A stretch of DNA of 32,000 bases from Ferroglobus placidus DSM 10642. GTDB lineage: Archaea > Halobacteriota > Archaeoglobi > Archaeoglobales > Archaeoglobaceae. The notes under the pieces were generated by a model, which was not told where the DNA came from, did not search any database, and worked only from the letters and a program-made list of their open reading frames with translations. The stretch lies in contig NC_013849.1 in NCBI RefSeq assembly GCF_000025505.1, forward strand, positions 1,410,001-1,442,000. The letters are read 5' to 3'. Each line of letters starts with the position of its first letter. Positions within the stretch are counted from its first letter, which is position 1. Made by a program: the position numbers and the translations under genes. Of this stretch, positions 25,247-32,000 are shown piece by piece.

Positions 25247-26912
25247 AGACCACATTAAGAATCTGACAAAGCAAGAAGGTTGTGCTAAAGCAGCATCTGA
25301 AATTTTAAGTAGAACAGCACACTTGATAAAAGCAAGAAGTGTCGCTTACGGAGCTGCTCATTGTATTTTCAAGGCTCGTCTCGTCGAAGCGTTTGGGGCG
25401 AGTGGTTTCTTTCAGAGCATAATCCCCGGAAAAGGTAATCTCGTTCACCAAATCCTCGCTATTGCTTTTCCTCGAGCGTTCGTCGATAAAATAAAAAGAA
25501 ATTTGCAAGAACTCAAATACTACGTTGACGAAGCTGAAAAACTCTTAGAAGAATATGGAATGATTTCTGATCCTTCTCCAAATCTAATCTCTACAGCAAA
25601 AAATGAGTCTCTGACAATGCTAAAACACGCTTTAAAAGTCATTCCAGAAATAGCGGAAAAAATAGGATTGGAACTCGAGAGAGCGAGAGTTTACGCAGAA
25701 ATGCAGTTGATGAGTTACAAACTTCACGTTTGGGGTGTAATCGACGCACTCGTCGAAGATAGGATTAATAGAAAAGCAATCGTGATTGACTGGAAGACTG
25801 GGCATCAACTTGAAAGTAAGGCTGCACAAATAAGTGATCCAGACATAGCCCAGGTTTGCTGCTACGCGTTACTTGAAGCTGATAGACTCGAATTTGAAGA
25901 TCCAAGAAAACCAGTTTTAGAAGGAGAGATCGTTCCCTTAATTATCAGACCCCGCGGAAATATACCAGTGGCGAGTATAAGCCCAGTATACGAAACTATG
26001 AAGAGAAGGACAACCTTAGAGGAATACCTCAATAACATAATCTTGGCAGCAGAGCACCTGACTCTCGTCTTAAGTAACGTAAGAAGACTTATAGGACCAA
26101 CTTTCGAGAATATATGTAAATTTAAAACTCGGCAAGGCAGAAGAGCAAGCGCTTTTCGATATACTCCCTACAACCTGCCAAAAGGAAACCCAAAGACCAA
26201 TAGTTACCGATGCAAAATATGTGGATTAACTGAGGAATGTCTTTTCTACATAGGAAGCTACGAAGAACCCGAAGAGATTGATAGACTCGCTTGGAGGTCG
26301 AGATACGCAATTTATGCGATAAGAGAGAACGCACTAATGCCCTACAAGGAAATCCACGAAAAAATAAGTTACTATAATTTCGACGTTAGGAGTTTTGAGC
26401 AAGGAGAAACTTTCACACTCGAAAGTGGAAACAGAATAGACGTGTTTAGCGATGCTGAAGCATCTGAAGACGGAATAATCCTTAGAAGAGAAGTTAGAGA
26501 AAGAGAAATAAGAGAGGAGAGGATAATTTCGGTAAGAGAAGGTAGGCCAGTGGCAGTTTTTTTCTACGAGGACGTTAAAAGCCCCTTACTAAGGTTGAGC
26601 TTCGTCGGTAGGGTTGACGAATTTCAGCAGGAGGAAGATGAAGTCTCTATTCTTGTAAGCGCACCGAACATCCCCTCAAGGCTACACCATATCCTCTTCA
26701 AGTTTTACCTTGAAAATTGGAGAGATCTGACACTCAGCATACTGGCTGTCGAGACAAACGTAGATTTGACACAAATGGAACTCAGGGCGATAGACGCTTT
26801 TCAGAGAGGAACAAAAAGGATGAAAGAAAAACTCTATAATCTTGAAGAGAACTTAGAAAATCTCAAAAATGAAGCTCTTGCCATACTCTTTGGTTCTCTA
26901 CCTTTGAGGTGA
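25236..26912 (+). CDS. Cas4/RecB-family PD-(D/E)XK nuclease with Fe-S Cys cluster, plus a C-terminal beta-barrel/stalk-like region (N-terminal half of a split Dna2-like protein)
   Basis: 558 aa. Motif order: AAHC...R, GNLVHQIL, E(MQL), GVIDALVED, IVIDWKTG (D-x-K), QVCCYALL (QhxxY), then CKICGLTEEC (C-x2-C-x5-C). The remaining roughly 210 aa are strand-rich (ETFTLESGNRIDVF...RPVAVFFYED...LSFVGRVDEF...VSILVSAP) and end in a helical tail. Confidence 0.8.
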   Translation: MLIEDHIKNLTKQEGCAKAASEILSRTAHLIKARSVAYGAAHCIFKARLVEAFGASGFFQSIIPGKGNLVHQILAIAFPRAFVDKIKRNLQELKYYVDEAEKLLEEYGMISDPSPNLISTAKNESLTMLKHALKVIPEIAEKIGLELERARVYAEMQLMSYKLHVWGVIDALVEDRINRKAIVIDWKTGHQLESKAAQISDPDIAQVCCYALLEADRLEFEDPRKPVLEGEIVPLIIRPRGNIPVASISPVYETMKRRTTLEEYLNNIILAAEHLTLVLSNVRRLIGPTFENICKFKTRQGRRASAFRYTPYNLPKGNPKTNSYRCKICGLTEECLFYIGSYEEPEEIDRLAWRSRYAIYAIRENALMPYKEIHEKISYYNFDVRSFEQGETFTLESGNRIDVFSDAEASEDGIILRREVREREIREERIISVREGRPVAVFFYEDVKSPLLRLSFVGRVDEFQQEEDEVSILVSAPNIPSRLHHILFKFYLENWRDLTLSILAVETNVDLTQMELRAIDAFQRGTKRMKEKLYNLEENLENLKNEALAILFGSLPLR

Positions 26913-26916
26913 GCGT

Positions 26917-28428
26917 ATGGCAATCTACTATCTTGATGATGGCTTGAAAGAAGCTTTTAGATTGGCAAAAAGAAAAGAAAAGTGGGCACTACTTGAATCT
27001 CAGAAAAAAGCTACAGAACTCATGAAAAAGACTGTTGATGGTGAACTTAGCCTTGCAGCAGTTCAAGGACCTCCGGGGACAGGCAAAACAAGTGTTGTCG
27101 AAGCTTTTGCCAAGGAAGAGTTACCAGATTTCGTAACACAATCAGAAAACGAGCTAATTTTGTATATTGCTCCAACGAATCACCTCGTTTATGAAGCTTT
27201 CAAGAGAATTTCAGCCCAATTAATCAAAAAAGGATTTGATATCCAGTCTCTCTTGAGCGTTGTGCGAGTATACGGTTCGAAAATTAAACCTATGAAGGAA
27301 AAAGAGGTGATAATCGGAGATAAAAAACTCGAGAGAGACGATCTAAATAGACTCGTGAGCAACGTAGATAACAATGTCCGGATAATTTTTGCGACAGAAT
27401 TCCAGAGAGTTTCAAGTAGACTTGAAGTTGAACCAAAAAGGATACACATAGTTGCTGACGAGGCAAGTAAGTCTCCATATTTCAGAGTTTTTCTACCTTT
27501 AGCTGAAAAAATAGCTAAGAATCCAGAAGAATACTATCCTTACACTCTCCTCGTTCTTGGAGATCCACAACAGGCAATTACAGTTCCAGAGGAGTTTACT
27601 ATAATGGATGTCCCGCTTCTCATGAAATTAACAGAGAGAGTTCTCAAAGAGAACGACTTGAAAAAAGATTGTTGGGTTATGCTCGACACGACCTTCAGAC
27701 TACCACGTCCTTCAGAAGACCCTATAAGCCACGGATTTTATAGAGGAAAACTACATGCGCACTATACCTCAAGAGAACGATTAGAGATTATTAAAGACTC
27801 GATATTAGACAACATCAGCAGAATTACTTCTGCGCTTGACAAAGCGGGTGTTCGAGCAACTTCACTTGACGTTAAAAAGATCGTTGACGGAATAGAGGAG
27901 GCTATAACTTCTAACATTCCGATAGTCGTTGTAAAAACTCGTCCTTTTAAGAGTGGAGACACTTACGACGAAGAGCGCGTTAAAAAGGCATTTATAATTT
28001 CCTCTATTTTTCAATTGGCATCTCACTTTTCTGGATATAGTTTCAGCGTAACTACTACTGCTCCATACTGTGATATCGTTGATTCAATAGCATTTAAATT
28101 TCACAGAAGATTTCACAACTTTGGATCGATACGAGCACCGAGGGCAGTTACCGTGCAATCACTTATAGGGGGAGAGAGCGATGTCATTGTGGCTCCACTC
28201 GGTAAAGAGTGGTTACCAAGTGAGATTCGTTACCACCCTTCGGAAGAATTTACAACAATATACGCAAGAGAACCGGAATTGCTTAACGTTCAAATGAGCA
28301 GACATCGATCACTTATGGTTGTAATTGGCAATACTGACAGATTAATGAACCAGAGAGAAAGAAGGATTCAAAGGACTGTAGAAAGGTTGGAAGAGCTTGA
28401 AGGTAAAGGAACTTTAATTATCTCTTAG
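26917..28428 (+). CDS. SF1B helicase, Dna2/Upf1-like (AAA_11/AAA_12 type)
   Basis: 503 aa. Motifs: I VQGPPGTGKTS; Ia YIAPTNHLV; II IVADEASKS; III LVLGDPQQ; IV LDTTFRLPRPSEDPISHGFYRGKL; V VTVQSLIGGESDVIV; VI LLNVQMSRHRSLMVVIGN. A GAGGTGA Shine-Dalgarno sequence spans the upstream stop, and the gap is 4 nt. Confidence 0.9.
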   Translation: MAIYYLDDGLKEAFRLAKRKEKWALLESQKKATELMKKTVDGELSLAAVQGPPGTGKTSVVEAFAKEELPDFVTQSENELILYIAPTNHLVYEAFKRISAQLIKKGFDIQSLLSVVRVYGSKIKPMKEKEVIIGDKKLERDDLNRLVSNVDNNVRIIFATEFQRVSSRLEVEPKRIHIVADEASKSPYFRVFLPLAEKIAKNPEEYYPYTLLVLGDPQQAITVPEEFTIMDVPLLMKLTERVLKENDLKKDCWVMLDTTFRLPRPSEDPISHGFYRGKLHAHYTSRERLEIIKDSILDNISRITSALDKAGVRATSLDVKKIVDGIEEAITSNIPIVVVKTRPFKSGDTYDEERVKKAFIISSIFQLASHFSGYSFSVTTTAPYCDIVDSIAFKFHRRFHNFGSIRAPRAVTVQSLIGGESDVIVAPLGKEWLPSEIRYHPSEEFTTIYAREPELLNVQMSRHRSLMVVIGNTDRLMNQRERRIQRTVERLEELEGKGTLIIS

Positions 28429-29544
28429 CTCTTAGTCTAATTAAATATAGCCCTTTGCCCTTACCCCTCAATCCGAGCAACCTCAATTCTGCTTTTAAAC
28501 CGAAATCCTCAGCAATTCGTTTCAAAAATTCGTGTGTTGGGATGTATGTCCCTTTGAATATTGAATCTCCTATTGTATACCAAGCTTCCCATGCGAGTCT
28601 CTCCGAAACGAGTTCTAAATGTCTCTCCATATAGTAGAAGTATTGGGATAGAAACACATGGTATTTTCTGTCACTCCTGATCTCAAAAATTTTGTCTAAA
28701 ATCCATTTTCTTTCAGTCTTTTTTTCCATTTTCTCGCACTCGCTTCGCATGCCGGGATTTGCAAACTTCTGAGCATTCCAAGATCCTTGGAATCTTTAGC
28801 CAATCCAGCCCAAAGTATGTGTAGCTGTGTATGTCTTATGTAGTCTATGTTATTTGCAAATGGCGGACTTGTCAAAATACCGTCAAATGCTTTTGGTAAC
28901 CAAACGCTTGAGTCAGCTAAAACTAAATCAATATTTCCATCATTTCCGTAGCATTCCAAATCTGAATATGCCTGAAGAAACAACTCTTTGAACTCTTCGA
29001 AAATTTTATGCTTACTCGATTTACAAACAATCTTTCGATACCTTGGAGCGGGGGATTTCCTTAACCTTGAATATTTTTCAGCAACTTTCGCTAAAATCGT
29101 TAACAAAAGACTATCGTTCTTGAAATCGTTAATAAGGGATCTTATTTTGCCTAACGCTTCCAATTGGGTGGGTGAATGGTAGTTCTTTAATCTTTCTGAT
29201 GGGATTAACATCTTGTAGTCATCGATATTTGAGTAAGCTTCTAAGAACTCTTTTTTATCCAAACGAGGTTTGTCTACTTTTGATTTTGTTACAAGAAGTG
29301 ACCAAGGGTTCGAATCGATGCCTACACAATCAATACCTCTTTTTTTCGCCTCTACAGCGACAGTCCCTGAGCCGACAAAAGGGTCTAATACGAGATTGCC
29401 ACGACTTTTACTAAATTCTTGAAAAAATTCGTTAACCAATTGCTTAGTCATTCCATGTTCGCAGAATACTAAAATTCTGTGTATTCGTTCGTTTTTCCAA
29501 GGATTTCTTGGAAAACGGTTTTCTTGCATGAGGTCCCGTATCAC
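28418..29544 (-). pseudogene. DNA methyltransferase (motif I ... motif IV order, SPPF catalytic motif) split by a frameshift at an A7 tract; a pseudogene or a slippage-dependent gene
   Basis: ORF 28696..29544 (282 aa) starts at GTG 29544, preceded by GGAGGGTG. It carries VLDPFVGSGTVAVEA (SAM motif I) and ILTSPPFANNIDY (motif IV). ORF 28418..28750 (110 aa) reads like the missing C-terminal MTase core (RKYHVFLSQYFYYMERHLELVSERL...GDSIFKGTYIP...IAEDFGLKAE). The frames overlap at 28696-28750 around T7/A7 at 28719-28725. One extra A would fuse them into about 375 aa. Confidence 0.75.
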
Positions 29545-29804
29545 TTAGCACCCTCCATTAAACAATCAGTTTTTATTTATATTGCTTTCCCGTTCGAGTT
29601 TTAAGGATTAATGATACTATTTCCTCGCAACTCGTCTATTAAATTCCAAAGTTTAAATAAACACTAAGCAGTTCTTTTGACAGTTAGGGAATTCTCTGGT
29701 TACAAAGTAGAATTATCATAACAGCCTCCCAGCAATAATATTGTTCGAACCGTATGGGATTTGACGATTGCAAGCGAGATAAGTTTCTCAACACTAACAC
29801 CTAA

Positions 29805-29832
29805 CAATATATTTTTATCAATATATTTTTAT
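29805..29832. repeat. Perfect 14-bp tandem direct repeat (CAATATATTTTTAT x2) inside a 522-bp AT-rich non-coding spacer
   Basis: Read directly: 29805-29818 and 29819-29832 are identical. Confidence 0.9.
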
Positions 29833-30066
29833 CGTGACTGTCTGGCAAATAAATCTGCGAACTTTTCGAGTTCGTGTATTCTCAGGAACATCCCTCTCTG
29901 CATGTTCGAGTATGCACTCTCGGCATATATAGTACTTTTGGAAAATTTATATAAATTCATGAAAAATGCTCTAAATCTACAAACCTTAATTTCGCTTAAA
30001 TTTGGCAAATTAGCTCTCAAAATCACCAATTGGTTGAAAACAGGTAGGATTTACTCGAAATTTTGA

Positions 30067-30139
30067 TGGGTCCGCCCGGATTCGAACCGGGGACCTCCTG
30101 CGTGTGAGGCAGGCGTCATAACCACTAGACCACGGACCC
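30067..30139 (-). tRNA. tRNA-Val (anticodon CAC)
   Basis: The minus strand reads GGGTCCGTGGTCTAGTGGTTATGACGCCTGCCTCACACGCAGGAGGTCCCCGGTTCGAATCCGGGCGGACCCA. It folds as a cloverleaf: 7-bp acceptor GGGTCCG/CGGACCC, anticodon stem CCTGC/GCAGG with loop CTCACAC, T arm CCCGG-TTCGAAT-CCGGG, discriminator A. No CCA is encoded. Confidence 0.92.
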
Positions 30140-30164
30140 AGCAGTACTGTGTTTTACTCTTAGC

Positions 30165-30176
30165 TATATTTTTTTT
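30165..30176 (-). promoter_or_regulatory. TATA box of the tRNA-Val gene (minus strand AAAAAAAATATA)
   Basis: It ends 26 nt upstream of tRNA position +1 (30139). Confidence 0.5.
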
Positions 30177-30188
30177 ATGGTTTGCTTT

Positions 30189-31223
30189 TTAGCTATATTC
30201 GTTGAAGAGCTTGATGAATCTCTCCGCTATTTTCCTCGAATCGTTTTCCTCGACGTATTTCTTAGCATTCTCGACAACGCTTTTTCTGTATTTCTCATCT
30301 TCTATTAACCTTCTAATTTTTTCGGAGAGATCTTTTGCGTCGTTGAACTTTACAACCTCCTTCTCATGCATCTCAAAGTGCCTCGTGTTTGGGACGACTG
30401 TAGGGATTAAAGCGCCCATGCACTGGTAAAGTGTTGAGGAAACGACAACTCCATTCGTTTGACCTTTCGGAATCATGAAAATATCCGCTTTATGGAGCTC
30501 CTCGTAAACTTCTCTGTTGTCCCTTAACCTTTTCCTCTCCTGAATTAGCCATTTTCTTTCGTAGGGTAGCTCTCCGTTCGATCTAATCACTCTGTATGTA
30601 AATTCGTAATCTTTTTCGAGTGTTTCTAAAGCCTTAAAGAATGGATCGTACTCGTTAATTGGCTGCCTTCCGAAGCTGAAGAACTTTAATCCGTCTTCTG
30701 CGAACTTCCTCTTCGTCGGATTTAGCGGGTGGCACGGATAGGGAATCACGGTCGTTTTATCTCTGACGCTGTTTAACAACTCGTTAACGTATCTCTCATC
30801 GAATACCGCAAGCTTTTCGAAGTTGGAGAAATCGCTGTACCTCAAGTCTTTTTTATAACCTTCGTGGATAACGACGAACGTCTTTATGCCTTTCTTTTTC
30901 AACTCTCCAGCCAGTTTTTGAACTTCCAAATGAGGAACGCTGCCGTAGGATTCGACGAGAAGCACGTCGAAACTTCTTTTCAAAATTTCGTCGAAGTTTA
31001 TCTTTCCTCCTTCTCCCTCCGGCGAAACCTCTTCGTAACATCTGACGACGAAGTCTTCGTCCTTTCTCACGACTTTGTGGTGCCACCATCTACTTGCGGA
31101 TTCAACGTAGGGAGCAAAAACTGTGACATCGTGACCCATTTTCAGAAATTCGGGGACGATAAGCTCAGCATGCATCGCAACGCCGCAGGTAGCGTTCCAG
31201 CGTGAGAGAACTGCGATATGCAT
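30189..31223 (-). CDS. Glycosyltransferase-like protein (GT-B/GT4-like), paralog of 7302..8330
   Basis: 344 aa. MHIAVLSRWNATCGVAMHAELI..., VFAP, DEDFVVRCY, VFDERYV, VIPYP, VVVSSTLYQCMGALIPTVV are the same conserved blocks seen in the first copy. Confidence 0.65.
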   Translation of the reverse strand: MHIAVLSRWNATCGVAMHAELIVPEFLKMGHDVTVFAPYVESASRWWHHKVVRKDEDFVVRCYEEVSPEGEGGKINFDEILKRSFDVLLVESYGSVPHLEVQKLAGELKKKGIKTFVVIHEGYKKDLRYSDFSNFEKLAVFDERYVNELLNSVRDKTTVIPYPCHPLNPTKRKFAEDGLKFFSFGRQPINEYDPFFKALETLEKDYEFTYRVIRSNGELPYERKWLIQERKRLRDNREVYEELHKADIFMIPKGQTNGVVVSSTLYQCMGALIPTVVPNTRHFEMHEKEVVKFNDAKDLSEKIRRLIEDEKYRKSVVENAKKYVEENDSRKIAERFIKLFNEYS

Positions 31224-31254
31224 AAAAAAAGTTTTGCAAAAAAGAATATAACGC

Positions 31255-32000
31255 TTACCCTTTCATCTTGATTATCTCCACTAAGTTCCAGCAGAGTAAA
31301 AGCTTCGCCACTTCTATCGAATTCACGTATTCTCGAGCTTCCCATCTCACCTTGTATCCCGTTTCGTCCCTCAAAGCGTCGAGCAGAGATTCGAAAATTT
31401 CCACGTTGAGAAAACCGTCTATGTCGATGAAGCTTGCTCTTTTTCCGTAGTAATAATCGGAGAAAAAGGAGATGGCAAAATCCCTTTCACTCGCTTTTAT
31501 AAGCCGGGATAAATCTACGTTGAGGGTGACGTGATCGAGCTCGAAGGAGAGGTTCGTGAAAATAAGTCTAACCCGGTACATCTCTTCCATTCCGAGGAGT
31601 GTGGAAATTCTTTCCGTACTCTCCAACGAGCTCGGGTAAATTTTTATTACGACGTCAGCGTATATTTTTTGAAAGTCCACGTACCTCTTGTAATCGCTTT
31701 CCCTCTGAATTATCTCCTCTATTACCTCTTCTTTCCTGTACCCCCTTTTCTCCATGTCTCTTTTAATCTTCCACTTCCTCTTGATGATTCTTGCTGGATC
31801 GACGAAGATTTTGTAATCGAGTATCTCTCTGATTCCGTCGTAAAGAACGTGTAATCCTTCAGCGATAACTATCTTTTCCGGCTTAAAGATCTCGCAACAC
31901 TTCACTTCTCCTTTCTCGTGATCGTAAACAGGCTTCTCGAACTCTTTCCACTCCTTTATCAACTTTAAGTGTTCTCTAAACAGATCCAAATTTGTCATTT
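31255..32000 (-). CDS. prk: Phosphoribulokinase (PRK/uridine-kinase family, class II PRK-like), C-terminal about 248 codons; N-terminus with the P-loop lies beyond the window end
   Basis: LDLFREHLKLIKEWKEFEKPVYDHEKG...IVIAEGLHVLYD...DYKIFVD...KWKIKRDMEKRGYRKEEVIEEIIQRESDYKRYVDFQKIYADVVIKIYPS parallels the plant/cyanobacterial PRK core (EGLHP.YD, WKIQRDMAERGHS, DPQKQYADAVIEVLPT). The Met at 31998 is internal, not the start. Confidence 0.8.
   Translation of the reverse strand, partial: MTNLDLFREHLKLIKEWKEFEKPVYDHEKGEVKCCEIFKPEKIVIAEGLHVLYDGIREILDYKIFVDPARIIKRKWKIKRDMEKRGYRKEEVIEEIIQRESDYKRYVDFQKIYADVVIKIYPSSLESTERISTLLGMEEMYRVRLIFTNLSFELDHVTLNVDLSRLIKASERDFAISFFSDYYYGKRASFIDIDGFLNVEIFESLLDALRDETGYKVRWEAREYVNSIEVAKLLLCWNLVEIIKMKG

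Noticed and set aside
30161-30199. A 10-bp direct repeat TAGCTATATT (30161-30170 and 30190-30199) between the tRNA and the GT gene
   Set aside because: One copy is the tRNA TATA-box region. The other is simply the last codons (E-Y-S-stop) of the GT gene. The repeat is short and AT-rich, so it is most likely coincidence.
31996-31998. An apparent ATG start of the PRK-like ORF at 31998
   Set aside because: Homologous PRKs have about 60-80 more N-terminal residues, including the P-loop, before the LDL..E.L..LK motif. The ORF is open to the window edge, so this Met is internal.
1-32000. CRISPR arrays, rRNA genes, IS elements/transposases and integrases
   Set aside because: I noticed no spaced direct-repeat arrays, no rRNA-like conserved stretches, no terminal inverted repeats flanking a transposase-like ORF, and no tyrosine/serine recombinase motifs in any listed ORF.

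Overview
This is an archaeal chromosome segment. Evidence: Hjc resolvase, aIF2-gamma, SRP54, TATA-box promoters about 25 nt upstream of apparently leaderless starts, and K/E/I-rich proteins. The proteins and tungstate uptake suggest a hyperthermophilic euryarchaeon, possibly Archaeoglobales-like, but that is inference only.

Positions 1-16.8 kb and 30.1-32 kb are tightly packed core genes, many joined by 4-nt overlaps:
- UbiD fragment, RNase HII, SRP54 and an MBL hydrolase
- a BioY-type ECF transporter
- a GH130 glycosidase plus glycosyltransferase-like pair
- an aIF2-gamma / Fcf1-like PIN / Hjc operon
- a DUF2298 membrane protein
- a decayed S45 penicillin-amidase pseudogene
- a tupABC tungstate transporter with a ModE-like regulator
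- tRNA-Val(CAC), a second glycosyltransferase paralog and a truncated phosphoribulokinase homolog

Between tupA (ends 16822) and the 3' end of tRNA-Val (30067) lies a roughly 13 kb accessory island. It visibly uses more A/T-ending codons and is bracketed by two unusually long AT-rich non-coding spacers of about 0.5 kb each. It carries only defence-type genes:
- a DUF499 (BrxC-like) ATPase convergent with a DUF1156 Zn-ribbon DNA methylase
- an uncharacterised 380-aa protein co-transcribed with that methylase
- a composite (Panacea-like + UPF0175) antitoxin with a DUF3368 PIN toxin
- a translationally coupled split Dna2/Nhi-like pair (Cas4-type Fe-S nuclease with beta-barrel, then SF1B helicase)
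- a convergent second DNA methyltransferase interrupted by a frameshift at an A7 tract

No integrase, transposase, CRISPR array or rRNA was seen. All homology calls come from motif recognition by eye; no database search was possible.
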